Source: a bacterium
GTDB taxonomy: Bacteria > Vulcanimicrobiota > Vulcanimicrobiia > Vulcanimicrobiales > SCRA01
Assembly: GCA_004298675.1 (NCBI GenBank)
Contig: SCRI01000058.1
Location: 72,669-136,668, forward strand
Length of the DNA: 64,000 bases
Direction of reading: 5' to 3'
Under the pieces are notes generated by a model. That model was not told the origin of the DNA and searched no databases. It was given only the letters and a program-made list of their open reading frames with translations. Shown here in pieces: positions 48,160-57,386 of this stretch. Each line of letters begins with the position of its first letter. Positions within the stretch are counted from its first letter, which is position 1. Both the position numbers and the translations under genes were made by a program.

Positions 48160-49477
48160 GCCGCTGGAGTTGGCGCGTTACGCGGTTGCGCTGGCCGCGA
48201 GCGCCGGCGCACGCGAGGCGGAGGCGACCGTCGTCGTCTCCGATACGTTCGGTATCGAAGCGCGCGCACAGCAGATCGTGACGTTGCAGCAGAGCGTCGG
48301 CCGCTCGCTCGTGCTGCGTGCCTTCGTCGATGGCCGCAAGGCCACGCTGGCAACGACCGAACTCTCCCGCGCGGGGCTGGCGGAGCTGGTGGCGCGCTGC
48401 GTCGAGGCGGCGCACAGCGTGGAGCCGGATCCGTTGGGCGGGCTGCCGCAACCGCAGCCCGTGCAAAACGGCGATCTGCAGATCTTCGACGGCGACGTGC
48501 GCGCGCGCAGCGAGGAGGAGAAAATCGCGGCCGCGCTGACGATGGAGCGAGAGCTGCGCGCATACGATGCGCGCATCGACAACTCCAACGGATCGCGCGT
48601 GGCGGACGCGGTGAACGAAGTGGCTCTGGTGAACTCGTTGGGGTTTGAGGGCAGCTACCGCTCGAGTTCCGTCAGCTTTTCCGCCAGCCCCGTAGCAAAC
48701 GACGGCTCGGAGAAGCGTACCGCTCACTTCGGTGCCAGCCGTCACGGCTACGGCGCCATGCCGGCTGCAAGCGAGATCGCGCGCGTCGCGGCGCGGCGCG
48801 CGGTCGAGATGTGCGGTGCGCGCAAACCGCGCACGACGACGTTGCCGGTGATCTTCGAGCGCGACGTCGCGGCGGTACTGTTGGGGGATCTCTTCGCTGC
48901 CTGTAGCGGCGCCAACGTCGCCATCGAGAACTCGTTCCTCGCCGGACGGATCGGCGAGCGCATCGGAAGCGAGCAGGTCACCATCGTCGACGACGGGCTC
49001 CTGCCGGGTGGCATGGGCTCCTCACCTTTCGACGCCGAGGGCGTGCCGACGCGTAGGACGACCGTCTTCGAGCGTGGTGTGCTGCGTAGTTTTCTCTTCG
49101 ACACCTACCATGCGCGCAAGCTGGGCGCGCAGAGCACGGGCAACGCCGCCGGGGGCACGGTCGGTCCGAATAACTTCTACCTGCTGCCGGGCACGGGCAG
49201 CTTGGAGGAGCTCGTGGCACGCACGCCGCGCGGCATCGTGGTTTACGACATCATCGGTTTCGCGACCGAACACGTGACCGGAACGTGGTCGCGCGGAGCC
49301 GCGGGCTTCATGGTCGAGGATGGGAGGATCGCCTACCCCGTCGACGGTTTCACGATTGCCGGAAACCTGCGCGACATGCTGGCGGCAATCGACGACGTTG
49401 CCGCGGATATCATCTACGAATCTGCCATCGTCAGCCCGAGCTTTCGCGTGGCGGAGATGACGGTCAGCGGCACGTAA
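48149..49477 (+). CDS. pmbA: Metalloprotease PmbA/TldE
   Basis: 442 aa partner of TldD: GSSPFDAEGVPTRRT...GNLRDML. The start overlaps tldD by 11 nt. Confidence 0.88.
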   Translation: MSAEPLELARYAVALAASAGAREAEATVVVSDTFGIEARAQQIVTLQQSVGRSLVLRAFVDGRKATLATTELSRAGLAELVARCVEAAHSVEPDPLGGLPQPQPVQNGDLQIFDGDVRARSEEEKIAAALTMERELRAYDARIDNSNGSRVADAVNEVALVNSLGFEGSYRSSSVSFSASPVANDGSEKRTAHFGASRHGYGAMPAASEIARVAARRAVEMCGARKPRTTTLPVIFERDVAAVLLGDLFAACSGANVAIENSFLAGRIGERIGSEQVTIVDDGLLPGGMGSSPFDAEGVPTRRTTVFERGVLRSFLFDTYHARKLGAQSTGNAAGGTVGPNNFYLLPGTGSLEELVARTPRGIVVYDIIGFATEHVTGTWSRGAAGFMVEDGRIAYPVDGFTIAGNLRDMLAAIDDVAADIIYESAIVSPSFRVAEMTVSGT

Positions 49478-49500
49478 CAGATTTCTTTCGCGTGGCCGCC

Positions 49501-51009
49501 ATGCCAACGGTTTCTCCTCCCCGTTCCAGGGAGGAGGAGTCCGGCTTACGAAAACCAGTTGCCATCGTGGGACAGCAACCAGGGATCGGTTTCTCCATCA
49601 TCATGCGCGTCGAGATGCCCAACGAACCGGGCGTCTTCGGTGTGGTCGCGTCGCTGATCGGCGAGGCGGGCGGCGTCGTCGGCGCGGTGGACGTGCGTTC
49701 GGTCACGCGTCAGAGTACCGTGCGCGACTTCACGGTGCAGGTCGCCTCCCAGCAGGTGGTCGACGCCGTGCGCGCAGCGGTCTCGCGGCACGCGGGCGTG
49801 ACCGTCGTGAGCGTCTCGGACTCGACGTTCCTCGCGCACTTGGGCGGTAAGATCCAAGTGGAACCGAAGATCCCGGTGAAGACGCGCCAGGACCTCTCGA
49901 TCGTCTACACGCCGGGCGTCGCGCGCGTTTCGTTGGCCATTGCCGAGGACGAGCAGAAGGCATTCCAGCTGACCATCAAGCGCAATACCGTGGCCGTCGT
50001 CACCGATGGCACGGCGGTGTTGGGTCTGGGCGATATCGGGCCGCTGGGCGCGTTGCCGGTGATGGAGGGCAAGGCGATGCTCTTCAAGCAGTTCGCCGGC
50101 ATCGACGCCTTTCCGATCTGCCTGGATACCAAAAACGTCGACGAGATCGTCGAGACCGTGGTGCGCATCGCACCGGTTTTCGGCGGCGTCAATCTGGAAG
50201 ACATCAGCGCGCCCCGCTGCTTCGAGGTTGAACGCCGGCTCATCGAGCGGCTCGACATACCCGTGATGCACGACGATCAGCACGGTACCGCCGTGACGAT
50301 CCTGGCGGCGCTGATCAATGCGGCCAAGGTCGTTGGGAAAGCCTTGGGCGATCTGCGCGTGGTCGTGGTGGGCAGCGGTGCCGCCGGTACCGCCGCCATC
50401 AAGATGGTGCTGGCGGCAGGCGCGGCTGACGTCATCGCGGTCGATAAGGCCGGCGCGCTCTGCCGCGGTGCCGACTACGAGAACCCGCATTGGACGTGGC
50501 TGGCCGAGCATACCAACAAAGAGAATCGCAAGGGGACGCTGCACGACGCGTTGCGCGGCGCCGACGTCTTCATCGGCGTCTCCACGCCGGGCATCCTCAA
50601 GGTTGAGGACATCAAGGTGATGGCCAAGGATCCCATCGTCTTCGCCATGGCCAATCCCACTCCGGAGATCATGCCCGACGTCGCGGCCCCCCACGTTGCG
50701 GTGATGGGTACCGGACGCTCCGACTTCCCCAACCAGATCAACAACCTGCTGGCGTTCCCCGGTATCTTCCGCGGAGCGCTGGACTGTCGTGCCGCACGCA
50801 TCAACGAAGAGATGAAGCTGGCTGCCGCCCACGCCATCGCCGACGTGGTGGGAGACGAGCGTTCCGCGGACTACGTCATTCCCAGCGTCTTCGACCCCCG
50901 CGTGGCGGACGCGGTCACCAAAGCCGTGGTGGCCGCCGCCGTTGAGTCCGGTGTGGCGCGCCGTGCCTTGGCGGTCGCCGAGCAGGAGGAGCAGACCGCG
51001 CTCGTCTGA
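49501..51009 (+). CDS. NAD(P)-dependent malic enzyme with N-terminal ACT-like domain
   Basis: From ATG 49501. The ACT-like segment is IIMRVEMPNEPGVFGVVASLIGEAGG. Malic enzyme blocks follow: SIVYTPGVA...VVTDGTAVLGLGDIGPLGALPVMEGKAMLFK...VVVGSGAAGTA. Confidence 0.88.
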   Translation: MPTVSPPRSREEESGLRKPVAIVGQQPGIGFSIIMRVEMPNEPGVFGVVASLIGEAGGVVGAVDVRSVTRQSTVRDFTVQVASQQVVDAVRAAVSRHAGVTVVSVSDSTFLAHLGGKIQVEPKIPVKTRQDLSIVYTPGVARVSLAIAEDEQKAFQLTIKRNTVAVVTDGTAVLGLGDIGPLGALPVMEGKAMLFKQFAGIDAFPICLDTKNVDEIVETVVRIAPVFGGVNLEDISAPRCFEVERRLIERLDIPVMHDDQHGTAVTILAALINAAKVVGKALGDLRVVVVGSGAAGTAAIKMVLAAGAADVIAVDKAGALCRGADYENPHWTWLAEHTNKENRKGTLHDALRGADVFIGVSTPGILKVEDIKVMAKDPIVFAMANPTPEIMPDVAAPHVAVMGTGRSDFPNQINNLLAFPGIFRGALDCRAARINEEMKLAAAHAIADVVGDERSADYVIPSVFDPRVADAVTKAVVAAAVESGVARRALAVAEQEEQTALV

Positions 51010-51119
51010 GGCGAGGCCTCCGCCGAACGCAAGCGATCTGTATCACACACAAGGGATAGGCTGGCTGCTTTACGGAATCTTGAGGAAATCCGTCGCGCCG
51101 ACCGATAATCAGGAGTGTC

Positions 51120-51821
51120 ATGGCAGCCCGTGTGTTGATCATCGAGGACGATCCAGATGTCGGCTCACTAGAGGAGACCCTCCTGCGCCAGGCCGAGTAT
51201 GACACGCGCTGGGTCCTCACGGGGGAGGCTGGGCTGACGACCGCCTCGGCTTTCCGCCCCGACGTCGTGGTCCTGGATGTGGGGCTTCCCGACCGCAGCG
51301 GCTTAGAGGTCTGTGCCAAATTGGCGGAGAGTCTCGATGCCTTCATCCTCATGGTGAGCGGCCACACCCGCGAGGAGGACAAGCTCAAGGGCCTGGGACT
51401 GGGGGCGGACGACTACATCACCAAGCCCTTCTCGGGCGGTGAGTTCGTCGCGCGCGTGGGCGCCTTTCTCCGGCGCCGCGAGCGCTACCGGGCCCACTCC
51501 ACGGTGATGTCGCTGGCTTGCGGCGACGCCCTTCTCGATCGCAATCGCCAGGCGCTCGGGCGCAACGGCGCCATCTCCGTGCTGACGGCGCTCGAGTTCA
51601 AGCTGCTCTGGTTCCTCGCGGAGAGCGAGGGGCGTCTGTTGACGCGCGCGCAGATCCTGGAGCACGTCTGGGACGACGTCTCGGGCGTGCCGACGCGCGT
51701 GGTGGACGTGCACGTGGCGGCGCTGCGTAAGAAGATCGCCGAGGTCGGAGCGGCGCTGCAGATCAACAGCGTGCGGGGCATCGGCTACCGGCTCGACGCC
51801 GTCGTAGCCGTCGAGCCCTAA
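51120..51821 (+). CDS. OmpR/PhoB-family response regulator (no adjacent kinase)
   Basis: RVLIIEDDPD...VVVLDVGLPDRSG...ITKPF, followed by a winged helix ...LTALEFKLLWFLAES...IQTVRGIGYRL-like end. Confidence 0.9.
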   Translation: MAARVLIIEDDPDVGSLEETLLRQAEYDTRWVLTGEAGLTTASAFRPDVVVLDVGLPDRSGLEVCAKLAESLDAFILMVSGHTREEDKLKGLGLGADDYITKPFSGGEFVARVGAFLRRRERYRAHSTVMSLACGDALLDRNRQALGRNGAISVLTALEFKLLWFLAESEGRLLTRAQILEHVWDDVSGVPTRVVDVHVAALRKKIAEVGAALQINSVRGIGYRLDAVVAVEP

Positions 51822-51877
51822 ACGGTACCGTTACGCTCGACCTCACCCTCGATGCTCGCGATCCGCGCCCGCTCTAC

Positions 51878-53293
51878 GTGCAGATTGCGGATGGCGTCGT
51901 CGAGGCGATAGAATCGGGACTGCTCGTGCCCGGCGAGCGCCTGCCGCCGATGCGCCCGTTGGCGGCGCGCTTGAGTTGCGGTCTGGTCACGGTGTCACAA
52001 GCCTACGAGCTGCTGGCGGCACAGGGGCGCATCACGACGCGCGTGGGCCGCGGCTCCTTTGTAGCGGAGCCTGCCAAGGCGGAGGCCGGAGAGTCGCCGT
52101 TCATGACACGCTGGGAGCCGGATCTAGGCCGGCTCGCCATGCGCGGGGAGCGCATGGAGGGTGTGCTGGAGGAGCTTTCGCGCGCGAGCATCCCGGGCGC
52201 GATCTCGCTGGCTACCGGCCACCCCGCCCCCGAGACGTTTCCCCTCTCCGACTTTGGCCGCGCGCTGGCGCGCACGCTAGCGGAAGATCCGCCCGAAGCG
52301 ATGCAGTACCGGGCCGCACGCGGCGACGATGACCTCTGCGAGATGCTGGCGGCGGGGCTGCGGACGCGCGGCTGCCGCGTGGCCGCCGACGAGATCATCG
52401 TCTGCAGCGGCGCGCAGCAAGCCGCCGATCTCGTGGCAACCGTGCTGCTGGCGCGCGGGCGCGAAGTCGTAGCCAGTGAGTCTCCAGCCTATGCCGGCAC
52501 CCTGGGGGTCTTCGACGCGCGCGCGGTCAGTTACGTTGCCGTCGCCTCCGATCGCGACGGCATCCGCGTCGACGATCTCGACCGCGTGCTCGCGGAGTAT
52601 CGGCCGCGCCTGCTCTACGTCAACCCGGTGGCGCAGAATCCCACCGGCGCGATGCTGCTCGAGCGGCGCGCGCGCAGGATCGTCGAGTTGGCCAGGCGTT
52701 ACGACGTGGTGGTCTTGGAAGACCAGACGGGGCATGCGCAGGTGTACGAGGGGCGCGCTCCCTCGCCGCTGCTGGCTTACGATACCGACGGGCGCGTGAT
52801 CGTCATGGAGTCACTCTCCAAGACGGTCTTCCCCGCTCTACGCATCGGGTACCTCGCCGCCAAAGGACCCTTGCTCGAGCCGCTGGTGCACGCCAAGATG
52901 CGCGCGGATTCCTTTACTTCCACCCTCACGCAGCGCGCCTTGTGGCGCTTCATGGCCGGCCCGGCGTGGGCGCGCCACCTACGCCACTCGCGTCATCTGT
53001 ACCGCGCCCGCCGCGATGCGCTGGTAGAGGCTCTGACCGTGGAGCTGCCGTGGGCGCGGATTGCGCCGCCGGCCGCCGGCCTCACGCTCTGGCTGCCCCT
53101 GCCGGCGCGCATCTCGACGCGTGCCGCCTTTGAAGCCGCCGCCCGCGAGGGGGTGCTGGTCATGCCTGCGGAGCCGTACTATCCCACGCGGCAGGGCCCC
53201 GCGGCGCTGCGTCTCTCGTTCGGCGACGTGCCGGAGGAGTCACTACGCGAGGGCGCCGCTCGTCTCGGGCGCGCCCTCGGCCGCTTGATGTGA
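51878..53293 (+). CDS. MocR-family regulator (GntR wHTH fused to an aminotransferase class I/II-like domain)
   Basis: VQIADGVVEAIESGLLVPGERLPPMRPLAARLSCGLVTVSQAYELLAAQGRITTRVGRGSFV, then an AAT-fold domain (LSKTVFPALRIGYL). A family-like ...LTLDARDPRPLY continues in frame upstream of the first canonical start. Confidence 0.85.
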   Translation: MQIADGVVEAIESGLLVPGERLPPMRPLAARLSCGLVTVSQAYELLAAQGRITTRVGRGSFVAEPAKAEAGESPFMTRWEPDLGRLAMRGERMEGVLEELSRASIPGAISLATGHPAPETFPLSDFGRALARTLAEDPPEAMQYRAARGDDDLCEMLAAGLRTRGCRVAADEIIVCSGAQQAADLVATVLLARGREVVASESPAYAGTLGVFDARAVSYVAVASDRDGIRVDDLDRVLAEYRPRLLYVNPVAQNPTGAMLLERRARRIVELARRYDVVVLEDQTGHAQVYEGRAPSPLLAYDTDGRVIVMESLSKTVFPALRIGYLAAKGPLLEPLVHAKMRADSFTSTLTQRALWRFMAGPAWARHLRHSRHLYRARRDALVEALTVELPWARIAPPAAGLTLWLPLPARISTRAAFEAAAREGVLVMPAEPYYPTRQGPAALRLSFGDVPEESLREGAARLGRALGRLM

Positions 53294-55584
53294 CCGTGCG
53301 AACGCCGGCAAGCGCGGCGTGTGGGGACAAGAGGGGCGCCGCCCTGCCTTGCGAAGAGCGGTTCGTGCGCTTCTCGATCCCCCGCGGCGGCATCCTAGCC
53401 GTCGCCGCTCTCATGTTGCTGGCCGCCGCCCCCCACAAGCCGCGCGTGGCATTCTCCGCCCCCGCGGCGTACCAGCCGGCGGGCCCGCTGGAAGAACCGT
53501 TCGCGGCCGTGCTCCCCAGCGGCCGGGTCCTGCATCCAGCCGGCAGGAGTATCGCGCTGGGCCAGCACCCGTTGGCGCTGGCGTTGGCGCAGCAGGGTAC
53601 CCTGGCAATCGTGGCCGGCCGCGCCGCCGCCGGTGCCGCCGGCTTGGCCGTGGTGGACCTCGCGACGCTGCAGACGGTGGTTCAACATGGCGTGGCGCTG
53701 CCTGCGGCGGTGCGGGCGCTGGCGGTGCTGCCGGATCGCGGCGCGGGCGAGCACGAGCTGGTGTTTGCGGCTGTCATCGGACGCGCCGAAGTAGACGTCT
53801 TCGACCTTGCTGCCGACGGTACGCTGCAAGCCGATGCAACGCCCACGATCGCGCTTCCCAATCTGCCACGCGGTGTGGTCTCGCTGGTGACCGCGCCTGC
53901 CGGCACGCAGCTCTACGCCGTGGGTGCGGACGGCGTTCAGACGATCGATGTGGCTACGCGCGCGGCGGTTGGGGCAACGGCTGCAGTGGGCATCGATCCG
54001 GTCGGGGCGACCCGCGCGGGGACGCTGTTAGCGGTTGTGAACGAGGGCGTGCCGGAAGGGCAGCGCGCCTACGATCTCAATGCCTCGTCGATCTCGTTGG
54101 TCCAGACCGCGACGGGCACGCCCGCGAACGCCGGCCAGATTCCGCTGGACGGCGCACTCGACCCGCTGGTGAAAGTGGGCGGCATTCAGCCTAGCGCGGT
54201 GGCGTCGGAGGCCGACGGCACGCTCTTCGTGGCACTGGCCAACGCCGATCGCGTCGACGTCTTGAGGCGCGCAGGGCGCCCTGCACGCTATCGCCGGGTC
54301 GCCGTCATCGACCTCAGCCTCTATCGTCATGCCCCCTTTGGAACGGCGCCCGATGCGCTTGCGATCGCGCCGGGCGGGCGGCGGCTCTATGCCGCGTTGG
54401 CGGGCATCGACGCCGTGGCTGTGGTGGACATCGCCGACCCGCGCCATCCCCGGCGTTTGGGCCTGCTCCCGAGCGGCTGGTTTCCGAGTGCTCTGGGGTT
54501 CTCGCGTCCCCAGGGTGAATTGATCGTAGCCAATGCCCTTGGTGACGGGCGTACCGGAACGCTGCAGGCCGTCAATCTCTCGACAGAGGCACTCTCGCCC
54601 GCGACGCTGGCGGCGCTACGCGACGTGCGCGTGGAACGTCCGATCAGCGAGCGCGATCCGGTGGTGCCGCAGGCTCCGGCGCTCGGTAAGAGCCGCTACA
54701 TCGCTCACGTCGTCTCCATCGAAATCGATCCATCGACCTTCGATGCGACGCTGGGCGACCTCAGCGAAGCAGCGGGCGATCCCTCATTCGTCGAGCACGG
54801 CGCGGCCCAAACCCCCAATCTCCATGCGTTGGCGCAGCGCTACGCCGTGGCTGCGAACTTCTATGCCGCCGCTGAGCCGGCGGAGTTGGATGAAGCCGTG
54901 GGCCTGGGCGGCAGGATCACGGTGGCCACGGCCCGGCGCGCGCTCACGCAGGGAACCGCCGGTACGCTCTCGCGCGGCGATGCGCCCCGCTTCGGATATC
55001 TCTACAACAATTTGGCGCGCCATCGCCTGACCTTCCGCGACTACGGCCATGCCGCGTGGCCGGGGCTCCCGGAGGCCGGAGAGGCTGCCGCATACGCCGG
55101 CGCGCAGGACGATGCGGCACGTGCCGCCGCATTTCTCGCCGACTACCGTGCGCTTGCGCAAAGCGGCCGCGCGCCTGCTTTCGCGGCGGTGGTGCTGAGC
55201 GATGCCGGGGCTTCGGCTCAGGACCGGGCGGTTGGCGCGATCGTAGCAGGACTCTCGCAGGCGCCGCTCTGGAGCTCGACGCTCGTGGTGGTGGCGCCGC
55301 GCGGAGCGGCCGGTCAAGATCACGTGGATCCGCGGCGCAGCTTTGCGCTGCTGATCGGCCCCAACGTCAAGCCTCACTTCGTGGGGCGCCTCCATCTCTC
55401 GTCCGCCTCACTGCTCAAGACCGAAGAGGAGATCCTGGGGCTTCCGGCGCTGTCGCTGGGGGATTTGCTCGCTAGCGACTGTGCCGACTTCTTCACGCCG
55501 GCCGCCGCCGACGCCACGCCGTTCGTCGCCGTGACCGGCTCGCCGCGCGAAGGGGCCCAGGGCTTGCCGAGAACGTCGCCGTAA
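53290..55584 (+). CDS. Secreted fusion protein: YncE/YVTN-type beta-propeller plus C-terminal phosphoesterase (PLC/AcpA family-like) domain
   Basis: The signal-like VRFSIPRGGILAVAALMLLAAAP makes GTG 53365 the likelier start, while GTG 53290 overlaps the MocR stop. Propeller repeats (LYAVGADGVQTIDVAT, LYAALAGIDAVAVVDIADP) are present. The C-terminal blocks are HVVSIEIDPSTFD...TPNLHALAQRY...GQDHVDPRRSFALLIGPNVKPHFV...SLLKTEEEILGLPALS. Confidence 0.65.
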   Translation: MTVRTPASAACGDKRGAALPCEERFVRFSIPRGGILAVAALMLLAAAPHKPRVAFSAPAAYQPAGPLEEPFAAVLPSGRVLHPAGRSIALGQHPLALALAQQGTLAIVAGRAAAGAAGLAVVDLATLQTVVQHGVALPAAVRALAVLPDRGAGEHELVFAAVIGRAEVDVFDLAADGTLQADATPTIALPNLPRGVVSLVTAPAGTQLYAVGADGVQTIDVATRAAVGATAAVGIDPVGATRAGTLLAVVNEGVPEGQRAYDLNASSISLVQTATGTPANAGQIPLDGALDPLVKVGGIQPSAVASEADGTLFVALANADRVDVLRRAGRPARYRRVAVIDLSLYRHAPFGTAPDALAIAPGGRRLYAALAGIDAVAVVDIADPRHPRRLGLLPSGWFPSALGFSRPQGELIVANALGDGRTGTLQAVNLSTEALSPATLAALRDVRVERPISERDPVVPQAPALGKSRYIAHVVSIEIDPSTFDATLGDLSEAAGDPSFVEHGAAQTPNLHALAQRYAVAANFYAAAEPAELDEAVGLGGRITVATARRALTQGTAGTLSRGDAPRFGYLYNNLARHRLTFRDYGHAAWPGLPEAGEAAAYAGAQDDAARAAAFLADYRALAQSGRAPAFAAVVLSDAGASAQDRAVGAIVAGLSQAPLWSSTLVVVAPRGAAGQDHVDPRRSFALLIGPNVKPHFVGRLHLSSASLLKTEEEILGLPALSLGDLLASDCADFFTPAAADATPFVAVTGSPREGAQGLPRTSP

Positions 55585-55596
55585 AGAGAGACTCTT

Positions 55597-56442
55597 GTGT
55601 CTGAGGCAGTGATGGAACGTCCAACGACGGATTTTGTGACGCACGAAGCGGGGCGTCTGCAATGCGTGCTCGTGATCCCTCCCGACGCCGGCTTCGAGCG
55701 GGTCCGGCCCATCAAGGGCGAGGGTCCGCCCATCTCGGCGCGCGCCGCCATCGAGCATCAGGTCTTCGTCCGGACGCTCGAGAGCAATCGCGTCGAGGTC
55801 GTAGAGCTGCGCGCCGCCGCGCACCTGGGTATGGCGACGCTGGTGCGCTCGACGGCCATCATGCTGGCCGGAGGCGCGGTCATCGGGCGTCTGACCGATC
55901 CCGAGCGGCGCGGCGAAGAGGAGGCCGTGCGCGCGCTGCTCGAGCAGCGCGGCATTCCAGTCCTCGGCGCAGTCGAAGGCCCCGGTGCCCTCGACGCGCG
56001 GGACGTCGTCCTGATGGGCGACCGCATCGTCGCGGCCAAGACGCGCGCGACCAACGCCGCGGGGCTCGAGCAGTTGGAGCGCATCGCGCACGAGTCCGGC
56101 CTCACGTTGCGCGAGGTGACGCTGGCGCGAGGGGTCAGCCATCTGGGCGACGTCTTCTCCGTGCTCGACACGCAGCTGGCGGTGGCGGTGCCGGCGTTGG
56201 TGCGCGGCGACGGGCTGGAGGGCGTGGAGATCGTGGCGCTGCCGCGCGAGTCGGCGGGGGCGGCGGATTGTCTGACGCTCGCGCCGCGGCTCGTCGTCAT
56301 GGATCTGCGCAACGCCGCTGCATGCGCCGTGCTCAAGCGCAGGAAGATTGCCGTCGAGGCCATCGATCTCTACGATTTCGGCCGCGCCGGAGCAGGTCCG
56401 TCGGCGCTGGCGTTGCCGTTGAGACGGGCGCCGCTGCGCTGA
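55597..56442 (+). CDS. DDAH/amidinotransferase-fold (pentein superfamily) protein, apparently lacking the nucleophilic Cys
   Basis: By-eye alignment to DDAH: PERRGEEEAV ~ ESRRGETEII; GALDARDVVLMGDRIVAAKTRATNAAG ~ GTVEAGDIMMVGDHFYIGESARTNAEG; VSHLGD ~ VLHLKT. The C-terminal GAGPSALAL sits where GGVSCMSL is expected. ATG 55612 (preceded by GAGG) is an alternative start. Confidence 0.6.
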   Translation: MSEAVMERPTTDFVTHEAGRLQCVLVIPPDAGFERVRPIKGEGPPISARAAIEHQVFVRTLESNRVEVVELRAAAHLGMATLVRSTAIMLAGGAVIGRLTDPERRGEEEAVRALLEQRGIPVLGAVEGPGALDARDVVLMGDRIVAAKTRATNAAGLEQLERIAHESGLTLREVTLARGVSHLGDVFSVLDTQLAVAVPALVRGDGLEGVEIVALPRESAGAADCLTLAPRLVVMDLRNAAACAVLKRRKIAVEAIDLYDFGRAGAGPSALALPLRRAPLR

Positions 56443-57386
56443 TGGCATCCGCGCCGTCTGCGGCGCCGGCAATCGCGGTCCACCAACTCGTCAAGCGCTA
56501 CGGGGATGCGAGGGCGGTTGACGGCATCTCGTTCAGCGTCGAGCGCGGTGATTTCTTCGGCTTCCTCGGTCCCAACGGAGCGGGCAAGACGACGACGATC
56601 AACGCGATCGTGGGGTTGGCGCGCATCGATGGCGGGCGTATCGAAATCTTTGGACACGACGTCTCGACGGCGTGGCGGCAGGCTCGCCGCCTGATCGGGT
56701 TGGCGCCGCAGGAGTACAACTTCGACCGCTACCTGCGCGTGCGCGAGATCCTGATGTATCAAGCAGGCTACTATGGTTTGCGCCCACGTGACGTAGCCGC
56801 GCGCATCGACGCGCTGCTGGAGCGCTTCGCTCTGGGCGTGAAGGCCGATGCCTTCGTCTCCCAGCTCTCCGGCGGCATGAAGCGGCGTTTGACCCTGGCG
56901 CGCGCGTTGGTGCACGATCCGCAGATCGTGATCTTGGACGAGCCGACGGCGGGCGTGGACGTGGAGCTGCGGCTGGAGCTCTGGGAGACATTGCGCGCCC
57001 TGCGCCGCGAGGGCAAGACGATCATCCTCACCACCCACTACCTCGAAGAGGCCGAGGCGCTGTGCGAGCGCGTCGGTATCATCGAGAACGGGCGGATGGT
57101 AGCCTTGGAGGAGACCGCGCACCTGCTGCGCAGCCACGCCCGCGACGAGCTGACGATCACGTTGGCTCACCCCGTACAGGAGCCTCCGCCGGTCCTGGCG
57201 CATTTCGGGGCGCGCGTCGATCCCCAGGACGGCGCGCGCCTGCGCTTCGAGCGGCTGGGCCCGCTCGAGCTCAGCGAGGTGCTGGCGCTGCTCGGGCGCG
57301 CGGGCATCGACGTGGAGGCGGTCAACACCGAGCGCGCCACGCTGCAAGACGTTTTCCTCGAGTTGACGGGCAGAGGGGCGCGATGA
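56442..57386 (+). CDS. ABC transporter ATP-binding protein (ABC-2/DrrA-NatA type)
   Basis: From ATG 56442 (TGATG overlap): FLGPNGAGKTTTINAIVGL...LSGGMKRRLTLARAL...VILDEPTAGVD. Confidence 0.9.
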   Translation: MASAPSAAPAIAVHQLVKRYGDARAVDGISFSVERGDFFGFLGPNGAGKTTTINAIVGLARIDGGRIEIFGHDVSTAWRQARRLIGLAPQEYNFDRYLRVREILMYQAGYYGLRPRDVAARIDALLERFALGVKADAFVSQLSGGMKRRLTLARALVHDPQIVILDEPTAGVDVELRLELWETLRALRREGKTIILTTHYLEEAEALCERVGIIENGRMVALEETAHLLRSHARDELTITLAHPVQEPPPVLAHFGARVDPQDGARLRFERLGPLELSEVLALLGRAGIDVEAVNTERATLQDVFLELTGRGAR

